From Eledone cirrhosa (lineage: Eukaryota): 64,000 nucleotides of DNA. The stretch lies in assembly GCA_964016885.1 (NCBI GenBank), contig OZ024740.1, positions 205,034,001-205,098,000 on the forward strand, in the 5' to 3' direction. This document shows positions 41,922 through 53,900 of the stretch, one piece after another. The translations under genes and the position numbers were made by a program. Numbering within the stretch: the stretch's first letter is position 1; every line of letters starts with the position of its first letter. A model generated the notes under the pieces. That model made no database searches. It saw only the letters and a list, made by a program, of their open reading frames with translations, and had not been told where the DNA came from.

Positions 41922-44900
41922 CGGAGTTATAGGCATCATAGATAATCTGCTTTCCCTGCTAGCAAAGGTCACATATAGGCTTTGCGAACACCTATTTTTT
42001 ATACATGCTATAAACATCTCTTCTAACCAGGTGCGCTTTTCAAACCTTTTTAATATCATTCTCTTTATATAACGTGATCTGTATAGAATGTTTTCAAACA
42101 TCCACACTTTTCTTTCACTATATATATATATGTGTGTGTGTGTGTGTATAATATCATCATCATTTAACATACATCTTACACGCTAACATGGGTTGGACAG
42201 TTTTGTCCCACTTGAGGCAAGATTGGTAGGGTGACTGTGTCTCGCTTTTACAGAACTATTTCTAGCAGGTTTTCTATGGCTGGAAGCCCTTCCTAACACC
42301 AACCACATTTACAGTGTGGACTGGGAGCCTTTTTACCGTGTCTTCTACATGACTACTTTACAGTGTGGACTGGGTGCTTTTTATCACTTTACAGTGGACG
42401 GAAGTGGGAGGGTGGAGTAGGGGGTGGGGTGTATATCGGGTTAAGAGGTGCCAACTGACTGTAGGTTTAAGTTTGTATGCCAGGGAAGGCGGGTCTTCTG
42501 TATAACTGCATAGCGCCAAAGATCTCAATCCAGCGACATTGTCTTAGAGAGGTGGTGAGAGCTGACCTTAAAATTGTTGAGACTCACAGAGGAGATGATG
42601 AAGAAACATGGTGAGTAGAACCTGTCGAACCCATGCAAGTGTGGAAAAATGGACGTAAAAATGATGATGATATATATATATAAATAAAGGCAGTAGTAGC
42701 TTCTCTTTAACTAATGTAATTATATTTAATTCAATAAAACCAATAGTTATATTGGAAATCTCAGTTTAAGTAGTGAGTCTATCAATAACAATGATTGTCT
42801 AACTTTAAGGTAAGCAAGTTCGGCATCAATTAGGTGCATGGGGTATTTAGCAGGTGAGAGCGGGATATTAAGATGGGGAAGAGTGGATGGGGTGGGGATG
42901 GAGAGATGATTGGTGCAGGCTAGAGTGTCTTCTATATGTTTGTTTCCTTTCTGCAGAAGACCTGACCTGCCATGTGCACAAAATGAAATGAAACAAACAC
43001 CAATCCTATCTCCACCCCTCCGTCTTATTACCCAAAACCCAGTGGTTATAATGCTAATTTCTTAATCAAAGCCATGTCCATCTAACCCAGTGGTTCTCAC
43101 ACCTTGGAACACATGAAAAAATAGCGGCACACCTGGCTAAATATATATGAAAAATATTTGAATTTTACAAAATAAAAACATGGCGAAAATAAAATTTCGC
43201 GACACACTTAGGAAGATTTCGCGGCAGACTGGTTGAGAATCCCTGATCTAACCTATAACAACATAGAAATCAAATTTTTAAAAACAATGATAATGAATTT
43301 TATAATTTAAGTTGGTTCTTACCACAAAGAAGACCTTCCTCTTTGATCAGACGTCGAGCCATTACCAAAGATTCCTCATCTTTGGTTTTATACCATTTGT
43401 CAACCACCTAGAAGACATCACAGTGAAAATAATCAATCAGTTCAATACAAAGTCAATAATCAATCAGTCAGTGAAAAAAAGTTTTAATGAAGTTCAAATG
43501 TAGTTACTGAACACCTTGAAACCTCAAATGAAATAATATAAGTCTCTTATATAGCTTTGACTAAAATGCAGGACTATATTTATATAACATGAACATATAT
43601 CATACAACACAATCATTTAGGCCATTCTCCTTTGTAAAGCAAATGTTAGCCCAGAGGACACTCTAACAGGCTTCATACTTGTTGGGGATACATTCTGAGG
43701 CAATGTTTTACAGCCAACCCTTTTAATCTTTTAGTATTTACATTACTCTATATTTACTATTATATTTTCCATCTGCCCCACATCGATCCAATAGAGGGAC
43801 CAGCACTGCAAGTTGAAGGTAGTATAATAAGTAAGGCAATCAAAGATATGAAGACGGGCAAGGCAGCTGGGCCTTCGGAAATAGTTGCTGAAATGCTGAA
43901 AGCATCTGGAACGGTGGGACACACTATGGTCACCCGGATAGTAAACCAAGTCTTCAGAATGGGGTCGTACAAAAGGACTGGCGTAGCAGCAACATCATTA
44001 ACTGCTACAAGGGTAAAGGAGATGCCCTAGATAGGGGAAACTATAGAGGCATTAAATTAATTGACCAGGTCATGAAGGTCACAGAAAAAGTAATAGCGCA
44101 ACTAATCAGAGAGCGTATTGATCTAGATGAAATGCAGTTCGGGTTTGTGTCAGGTAAAAGTACCACAGACACTCTTTTCATTGTATGACAACTACAGAAG
44201 TACCTAGCTAAAAGTAAATCCCTATACTTAGCTTTTGTTGACTTGGAGAAAGCCTTTGACAGAGTCCCACGCCCCATTATCTGGTGGGCTCTCAGAAAAC
44301 TAGGTGTTGATGAAGAGCTATACAAGCCATGTATAAAGAAACAGTCAACAAGGTTAGAATTAACAACGAATATAGTAAAGAGTTTAGTATAAAAGTTGGT
44401 GTTCATCAGGGCTCCGTCCTTAGCCCCCTCCTATTTATTATTGCCCTTCAGGCTATAACAGAGGAGTTCAAGACCGGCTGCTCATGGGAACTCCTACACG
44501 CAGATGATCTAACACTCATAGCTGAATCAATGGCTGAACTAGAGAAGAAATTCCAAACATGGAAGCATGGCCTAGAATCAAAAGGCCTTAAAATTAACTT
44601 GTCTAAGACTAAAGTTCTAGTATGTAGGAAGGAAAATAGGGCACTGGTCCCATCTGGGAAATGGCCATGCTCAGTATGTAGGAAAGGAGTAGGCAGAAAC
44701 TCCATTTTATGTCCCAAATGCAAAGTATGGGTGCATAAAAGATGTAGTGGGATCACAGGTAAGCTAACTAAGAATATAGATTTTATATGTGGATGCTGCT
44801 CAGGTGCAATAAGTAGCAGCAAGTGCCCACAGAATACTAGCTCATTCCATTGCACAGATGGTTCTATAGAAATAGTGGACACCTTCCGTTACCTGGGTGA

Positions 44901-47900
44901 CAAAATCAGCAGTGGTAAAGGGTGCTCTGAAAGTACAGTAGCTAGAGTCAGAACGGGATGGAAAAAGTTCAGAGAGCTTATACCATTATTGGCCGCTAAA
45001 GGTTTCTCTCTAAAAATAAAAGGCAGGCTGTATGATGCCTGCATACGAACAACAATGTTACATGGAAATGAGACATGGGCATTGTGTGCAGAGGATATAC
45101 GCAGACTGGAGAGGAACGAAGTTTGCATGCTCCGTTGGATGTGTAATAGTAATATACATGAACGGCAAATCATAAATGAACTAAGTGAGAAATTAGGAAT
45201 AAGAGGGAACAGATGCTGTTTACTCGAGAGAAGACTACGTTGGTATGGTCACGTGATGCGCATGAAAGATGACAGCTGTATAAAAAAGTGCAGGGCGATC
45301 AAAATAGACGGTAGCTATGGAGTAAGCAGACCCAGAAAAACCTGGGACGACTTGATAAATTCCGACCTCACATACTTACACCTCTCCAAGACAATGTCAC
45401 TGGACCGAGATCTTTGGCGCTACGCAGTAATACAGAAGACCCGCCTTGCCTAAGTACAAAGCGAAACCTACAGTCAGTAGGCACCTCTTAACCAAAATAC
45501 ACCCCAACCACTACCCCTACCCCCACCCCATCTACACCACCTCTTTCGATGTAAAGTTATGTTGGTACCACAACATCCAGTCCTAAATAAATGAGGTCGT
45601 GTAGGTGTCATGACAAAAAAACACACAGTCCACACTGTAAACATGGTTGGTGTTAGGAAGGGCATCCAGCCGTAGAAAACCCGCCAGATAATCCTATACG
45701 AGTAAGACAACCAATCTTGCCTCAAGTGGGACAATTCCCGTCCAAACCCATGCTAGCGTGGAAGATGGACGTTAAACGATGATGATGATGATGATGATGG
45801 TAAAGGCTTTACCTCACATAATATCGAATCTATGAGATTTTGATATTATTTGTTTTGAGAACTATACATTAACATCAGTATGTAAAATCTGAAATGCACA
45901 CTTAAAATTTTCTACAGAAATAATATGCTGCTACAAAAGGAACTTCAAACATCACTGGTGACAACTCGCTATATTATACTAAAAGAAGAGATATAAATAA
46001 AGAAATATATAGAAATATATTTTTGTAAATAAGACAATAGAACCGTGTGGAAATGGAAGCACCAATTGAAACAAAAGTTTAAATCTCCGAAGCCGTTTAT
46101 GAAAGTATTGAAGAAGACTAGAAAACACACTTCGATCTTCCGACGTGGGAGAGGCTCCTATCAGAAGAAACCGTCACCGAATCATCATTTTTCTTACCTG
46201 TTGTACAAACCTGGCTGGACACAGAACACTGCACAAACATTCTAATAGTTCTATAGAGTTATGAAATAATACATATGAATAAGCCATAGATGACGAACAT
46301 CATTAAGTAATGTCAGTTTCATGAGGAGATAAAATGCCTCCATCCTTTTGAAGAAGAAAAAAAAAAAAAGTATAAGTCCTGGAAAACTGTAAGTCCGGTA
46401 TTGGGGGAAAAAAAAAAAAAAAAAAATCACAAGGGATTGACACTCCAAATTCACTATTCTCCTTTTACTTTGCTCCACTTTTCAAATTAATTGAAACGAA
46501 GGTTCAGTTATATTCAAATATTGTAAGCGCGTCCATTGAGAATATCGTTACGTTGTTTGCGAAAATGTAAAACAAATCTTTATATCCCAGACAGAAATGT
46601 TGACTTTTATTTCTAGATACTTTTTTTATATAATTGTCTGCTGGTGGATTTTGTTTTTCGCTCTATACCTTCACCATTAACAAGAGGAAGCCAACCCCAG
46701 CGTCAGTGACTCACCACCAGCCACTAGGTCCTATGACAAACTGCTCAGTTGCTCGCATGTGTGCGTGCTGAACTCTGGGTCTTTCCACTGGGAACAACCC
46801 CTTGTCCCCCCCCCCCCCCCCTTTTGTGTACATCCATTCATTCACTCATTCATTTACTGCCATTTTACCTTCCTGTGTCTCCCCCTCCATGCAGCCCCTT
46901 TTCGCTCTCGCTTTCTGGCACCTCCATATATATAGGTGAGCTATGCTGCCCTCTTACCAGCACTTTCCCTTCCACCCACACACGCCAGCCACCCACCCCT
47001 GATGCCGCTCGGTGCCCCAGTCCCCGGCCCCACCCCTCCAAATCGACACCTGCAGCACCATTAACAAACGGAAGAGGGGCCGGAACTGTTTGGAGTGCGG
47101 CTGCTTCCACCACCTCACCTGCGTTGGCTTGATGGTCTCCGACCAGGCCACCTCAAGGAGTTGACATCCCCCCTCTCCGCTGAGGCCGGGCGCCGCCTTC
47201 TGAGTGCAATTGTGGCGCTCACCAATAGGCTCATTCATGGTGCCCTCGACCCTTACGCCCGAGGCCTGTTTTTTTCGGCCAGCCTCACCGCTCTCAGGAA
47301 GAAAGAGGGTAGCATACGCCCCATTGCTGTGGGCAAGGTCTTCGGAGGCTGGCTGCCAAGGTGATCTGCAAGTCCGTCACACACGAACTGGGTGAGGAGT
47401 TTAGTCCGGTGCCACTGGGTGTCGGCGTGTCTGGTGACTGTGAGGGAGCCGCTCATGCAATCAGGCACTTCTTCAGCAGCTGCCCATCGGTACCGGCATC
47501 CAGGGACTCCAGGCACCTCATTGTCAAGCTTGACATGAGGAATGCTTTTAACTCTTTATGCCGGGATCATCTGCTCGAGGCCTGCCTCAGCCGAGCCCCC
47601 TCTGCCTACCCGCTGGCCTACCTGTCATATGGAGCCCCGAGCATGCTCCTCGCTGCTGATACGGTCATACCCTCGGCTACTGGGGTCCAACAGGGCGACC
47701 CTTTGGGCCCCCTCCTGTTTGCCCTTGGTATTGACCACATCGCCCGGAGTATCACGGCCCTTCTCAACGTTTGGTATCTGGATGATGCTACGTTGGGCGG
47801 GCCCATACGGACGGTCTGCCAAGACCTTCACTTGGTAATTCCTGCCCTGGCGGGACTCAGCCAAGTCGGAGGTGGTGAACCTCAGCCTCGATGCTGCGAG

Positions 47901-50900
47901 CTTTGCAGCCTCCATCTTCGACATGCGGTCCATTCTCCGCCAGGTTCAGGTGACCCCCAAAGAGGATGATCCACCCGCCGGCCATCCGCTCCACCATCAG
48001 GTCCAGGCTTCAACAGCTCCAGACTCTCACGAGCCGACTGGGCTTGATTGACAGCCACCCAGCTCTCTTTCTTGTGAGGAACTGCTTCGCCATGCCGAAG
48101 CTCCTCTATACACTCCGCAGTGCTCCATGCTACACCCAGACATCTCTCTTCGCTGACCTCGATACTTGTATCTGAGCAGCAGCCGAGGGGATATGCAACG
48201 TCAAGTTTGACAACATAGGGTGGCAACAAGCCACTTTACCGGTCTGGTATGGCGGCCTAGGCCTCTGGTCCCCGATCTCACTAGCTTTGCCGGCATATCT
48301 TTCGTCAGTAACCTTGTGCCGCATCTTCGTCAGCAGGGTTCAGAACCCTCTGTGTTCAGAGAACGTGAGGCCGCCTGTGAGACGTGGGACCGGCTGGGAC
48401 TTAGCCCAGTAGACGTCCCTCCTCCTTCCCCCCCTGTTGACGTTAAGTCGCCCCAACGCACTTGGGGTGCCATCCAGTGCAGCCTGGCCTCAGACAGGCT
48501 CACGCGCCAACTCGACAAGCACCGCCTTGCTTGTTTTCGTGTGGCCTCCAAACCCCACAGTGGTGCCTGGCTCCATGTTCTGCCCCCCTTCTCCACTGGC
48601 ACGCAGCTAGACAACCATAGCCTGCGAATTGGCGTTTCCCTGAGGCTCGGCCTCCGGATCTGCCACACCAATGTCGCTGCGGTTCCACCATGGACTCTTT
48701 CGGCCTCCACCCGCTTTCCTGTCGCCACAGTGCCGGCCGCATTCCATGCAAATGCTGCCCTCAACGAAGTCATTAAGCATGGCTTGGACACTGCAGGCTT
48801 CCCTTCCCAGCTCGAGCCGGTGGGGCTGGATCGAGGGGACGGCAAAAGGCCAGATGGCATGACTATCTTCCCATTCCACGGTGGCAAACCCCTCGTCTGG
48901 GATGCCACTTGCACCGACACTTTCTGCAGCCGCAACCTGGTGCAGTCTGCGACTGACCCAGGTTCTGCTGCACGTCGAGCTGAGGGGGCCAAACTCATCA
49001 AATACCGGTCGCTCTCCGACAGGTTTGCAGTCGTTCCCCTGGCAGTGGAAACTTTTGGCGTCCTCAGCCCCAGGGCTACCTCCTTACTCACCACCATAGG
49101 CGCTGAGCTGGCCAGCCGCAGGTGTGAGCTCCGTGAGTTGGAGTGGCTTTTCCAGCGTGTCTCCCTTGCCGTCCTCCGGGGAAACGCGTTCTCCATTCTG
49201 TCCGCCGGGGCTGTGGGTGGGCCCCATCACGTACCAATACATTAGTTAAATACCATTCTTTCATCTCATACAACACAATAAAGGCTAAAGTGGCCAGTTA
49301 AAGCCGGTTTGAACAGAAAAAGGTGAGAGGAATTCTGGCTGGATACAGCTGGTTTAAATGCTAATGGGTTAAATATCATATATTTTGAATTTACTAATCT
49401 ATTTAGATATGCCATACATCTAACTGATATAGAACCATATTGTAAGAAAGCTGCGAGAATTAGCTGCATAAATATAATAAAACAGTTTTGTATTCTCAAA
49501 CCAAGGGTAGTTTCAGGTGGCTTGCTATCAAAAGAATGTTATATATTTTCAACTTACTGCTCTATCACAGACTGTTGGAATAAAATCATATCCAATGCCT
49601 TCAACTTCATAAAATGTTGTGTCAGTTTTGTTTAATGCCTCTGGCTCAGCTAGTATAGAACCTTCTGGATCAACTGCAATGATCTAGAAACAATACAGAA
49701 AAAAGAAACCAATAAATTTATACAGATAACATAGTGTATAATAAAGTTAGTGTAAGATGATAACATGGATGAGAATGGAAACTAGAGTAGTGAAACTGTG
49801 GATTGGCAGAATCGGTAGAGCATCGGAAAACATGCTTTGTGGTATAGAGTTACGACCCTCTACATTCTGAGTTCAAATCCCGCTGAGGTTAGCTTTGCCT
49901 TTCATCTTTACAGGGTTGATTTAATTGACTTTCCCTTTCCCCCCAAATTGTTGTCTTTGTGTCTAAATCAGAAACCATTATTATTATTATGCTGACAACA
50001 ACAACAACAATATTGCAAGTTAAGAGGTTGAAAAAAATCACCAAGTACTCCGAATTGAAAGACTGTTTGGCTCCTTGTGGTGGGCCCTGGAAACTGATCT
50101 TGATCAGAGGAATGACAATGGCCTGAGACAGCAACAGTCTCATATGCAAGATGAGAAAGCGAGAGAGAGAGGGTAACGTGAAAATGATACCAGTTGTGAT
50201 TAGGAGGCATTAGGGTCAATCCAATTGAAACTCCAAGACCTCTTAAAGTGGTTGGGAATCCCATGCAAGATTGATGTCATACAAAAATCAGTCCTGGTCG
50301 GTATTGCACACATTTTAAGGAAAGTATTATCTGTCTGAGGTCCTTGCTGTGACTTGACAGATTACTAAATACTCCGGTGTATTCACCATCTACACTGCAT
50401 GACAAAGTAATAATAATAATGGGTTCTGATATAAGCACAAGGCTAATTAATTATTTTTTTTTTTGGGGGGGGGGGGGGAGAGTTGATTAAATCAACCCCA
50501 GTACTTGACGGGTACTTTATTTTATTGACCTGGAAAGATGAAAGGCAGATTTGAATTCAGAATGTAGAAAGTTGCAACTAAATACTGCAAAGCATTTTAT
50601 CTGACACTAATAATAATGCTTTCTTTATTAACCACAAGAACAGTACAAATGGGCATTTCTGCATTCAACAAAATTATATATATAAAACAAAAACAAAGGA
50701 TGTAACAAAAAAGAAAAAAGAAAACAAAGAATAATTCCCCAATAGGGGCGAGACTTCCGAGGTTTACTCATGGAGAAAGGTTGGTGGATTGGTAGAATCG
50801 ATAGAGCATCCAACAATATGCTTTGTGGTATTTATTTCGGCTGTTCTGGTTTGAACTCTTGTCAAGGTGAACACTGCCTTACAGGATTGATAAAATAAAG

Positions 50901-53900
50901 TCCCAGTTAAGTACTAGGGTTTATTTAATGCCCCCCGCCCCGCCACAAAATTAGAAAGCATTATTATTAATTTAATTTTAGCACAATTCTGTACACAGTA
51001 TAATCAGAATGTATATATAGAACTGTTAACTCTTTTGCTCCCATATTCTATTGCAAATAAAAATTTTGAAGGATTTAGTAATATAACCAACTTTCTTATT
51101 ACTAAGTTGGTGTTTGGAACATACTTAACAAAGGTTCTGACATAAAATCAAGATGGAAGGACTTTAGATAAATACAAACTGTAAAGTGGTCACATAGGTG
51201 TTACGACAAAAAGCAGCCAGCCCGCACTGTATAGTGGTCTTGTAGGTGTCACGACAAAATGTACCCAACACACACTGTAAATGTGGTTGATATTAGGAAG
51301 GGTATCCAGCTGTAGAAACCAAGCCAGAAACAGTTCTATATAAGCAAGACACGGTCACCTGACTCAACTTGCCTATCTCATGCTAGCATGAAAGGTGGAC
51401 ATTAAACGATGATGATGATTATGGTGATGATAAACCTTTTCCCAGAAGATAGAAGTAGTTGATAGTTTCTGTTACTTAGGTGACTCAATTAGAAGTGGAG
51501 GAGGCTGCTCTGAAAGCATAGTAGCTAAAATAAGAAAAGTTTGGAAAAAGTTCAGTGAGCTACTACCTCTGTTGTCAATAAAGGGATTTTTCCTCTGAGT
51601 GAAGGGTAGATTGTATGATGCCTACATGAAAAGTGTGATGTGGCATGGCAGTGAGACGTGGGTGGTAAATGGCAGAGGATATATAGAGGCTGGAGAGAAA
51701 TGAAGTGAGCATGTGTAATGTTAGTATGCAAGAATAACAGGGTGTGGATGAACTGGGAAGAAAACTGAGTATAAGAGGAATCAGATGTAATGTGTAAGAG
51801 AGAAGACATGATGCATATGGATGATGATTGTTAGTTAAAGAAATACCAGTACAGGAAAACTGAGAAGAAAAACCTAGGCAGAGGTGGTTAGAACTGACCT
51901 CAAAATGTTGAACCTCATAGAGAAGGTGATGAATGAATGCTTCACATAGAGGCAGGATGTACTGGAAAACCCCTTCAAGCAAAGAAAAATGGACATAAAA
52001 TGACAATGTTTATACACTTCATCGTCATCACTGTTTAACGTCCCTTTTTCCACGCTAGCATGGGTTAGACAGGTTGTCCCGTTTAAGGCAAGTTAGGCCA
52101 AGCGACTGCCTTGCTCACACAGAACTGTCTCTGGCTTGGATTCTACAGCTAGATGCCCTTCCTAAAACCAGCCACATTTACAGTGGGGGCTGGGTGATTT
52201 GGGTCATGACTCTACATGACCACTTTACAGTGCTGGGCTGGGTGCTTTAAAATAAACAGTTTTGTATAGTAGGATCAGTGTGGTTTCAGGCAGTTTGGTA
52301 TAAAAAGGGTTAAATGTATCTTTGATTGTACAAGACATACAGTTGGCTCAACAATATTCTACTATTATACAGACATACTCACTTTACAGTTGGGACATTT
52401 TTCTTTAATCTTTCGGGCAATACCAGTAACAGTGCCTCCAGTACCAGCTCCCATAACAACCATATCAATTTTACCTTTAAAAGAAATCAAAGTGACAATG
52501 TCAATTTAATGATATTTACCTGTGACAGGTAAGTCTTAACCCTTTAACATTTACATTACTCTATATTTACGATTGTATTTTCACAGTAAAGGCTTTATCT
52601 CACATAATATCAGATCTATGAGATTTTGATATTATTTATTTTGAGAACAATACCTTAATGTCAGTATGAGCAGCCAGTTATGGCCAGTTTGTACAGAAAG
52701 GGGAGAGAGAATTCTGGCCAGTTTAAATACTAAAGGGTTAAACTCAAATAACAAAGATAGGGTTTTACTACTGCAAATGGCATGGCTACATCTCATTGAT
52801 TTGATATTATGTGAGATAAAGCCTTTACTGCAAAAATACAATCGTAAATATAGAGTAATCATCATCATCATCATCATCATCAACGTTTAACGTCCGTGTT
52901 CCACGCTTGCATGGGTTTGGACGGGGGTAGTCCCACTTGAGGCAAGAGTGATTTTCTTGCTCGCATAGGACTGTCTGGCAGGTTTTCTACAGTTGGATGC
53001 CCTTCCTAACACCAACCACATTTACAGTGAAAATACTAAATAAGTTTTAACAGTAAATAGCATGTTACAATATAATTGTTTAAAACACAGGTTCTCAACC
53101 TATTTAAGCCAAATGTCCCCTTTTGCCCCTCAAAATCACGAAATGCCCCCTACTCTATTTTTCCATTTTTAAATATACTACTGATTTTGATATCAGTAGA
53201 TTACTAAACAATTGATTAATAATATTCCAAAGATACCATTGCAGGCAGCTGAGAGTATAAACATATGCCTTGAAAGGAAGTATATAAATTTCAAAAAAAG
53301 GAACATAAATGTTCTTTTTTATGAATAAGGACCAGTTGAATTTGTTATATTCCCACCAGGCGATATCAGCTATTTTGAACATTTATACAAGAGCAACTTT
53401 GTCTATCGAAAGAGTGCTCTTATCTGGAAGAAAATGGCAATTATATCATTTCAAAGCTTTCCAATTTTGTTTTTAATGAAACAGACAGAATAAATGTTGA
53501 TATCTAACTTGATGTCCCCTCCGCTTTGTGAGCTTAGAGACCATGGAAGAGGGTTTTCATGACCACGTAAGAGGGTATATTTATTAGCAAATGGTAAAAT
53601 ATATACAACAAATGAGTAAGTGAATTGTAGTAGATGGTTTCCAGTCCAGTCAGACTGCAACTAAAAATAAAAAAATTGTAAGTTTGCTTTGTAACAATAG
53701 CATATCCAAGTTTTCGGATAAATCAACTTACTTTAACTTTGACCTCATTTCAATGGGACCCTTGAGCTTCATGGAGTCTAGCTAACTCTTTGACGTGAGG
53801 CTGAATTTTCGGAAGATGTAGCCGGAGATCTCCAAGAGTAATTACATTGTAGCGGTTGTGAATCTTACTGTGCAGTCTGGAAACAGCACCAAACCCCCTC

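Noticed and set aside
46125-46170. Minus-strand CTGATAG...GGAAGATCGAAG hammerhead-like string
   Set aside because: Several core mismatches and poor stems; could be chance.
46749-49276. Many overlapping and antisense ORFs (e.g. 48330-49196 minus)
   Set aside because: Shadow frames of the GC-rich CRE element; the same applies to antisense ORFs over the RTE copies.
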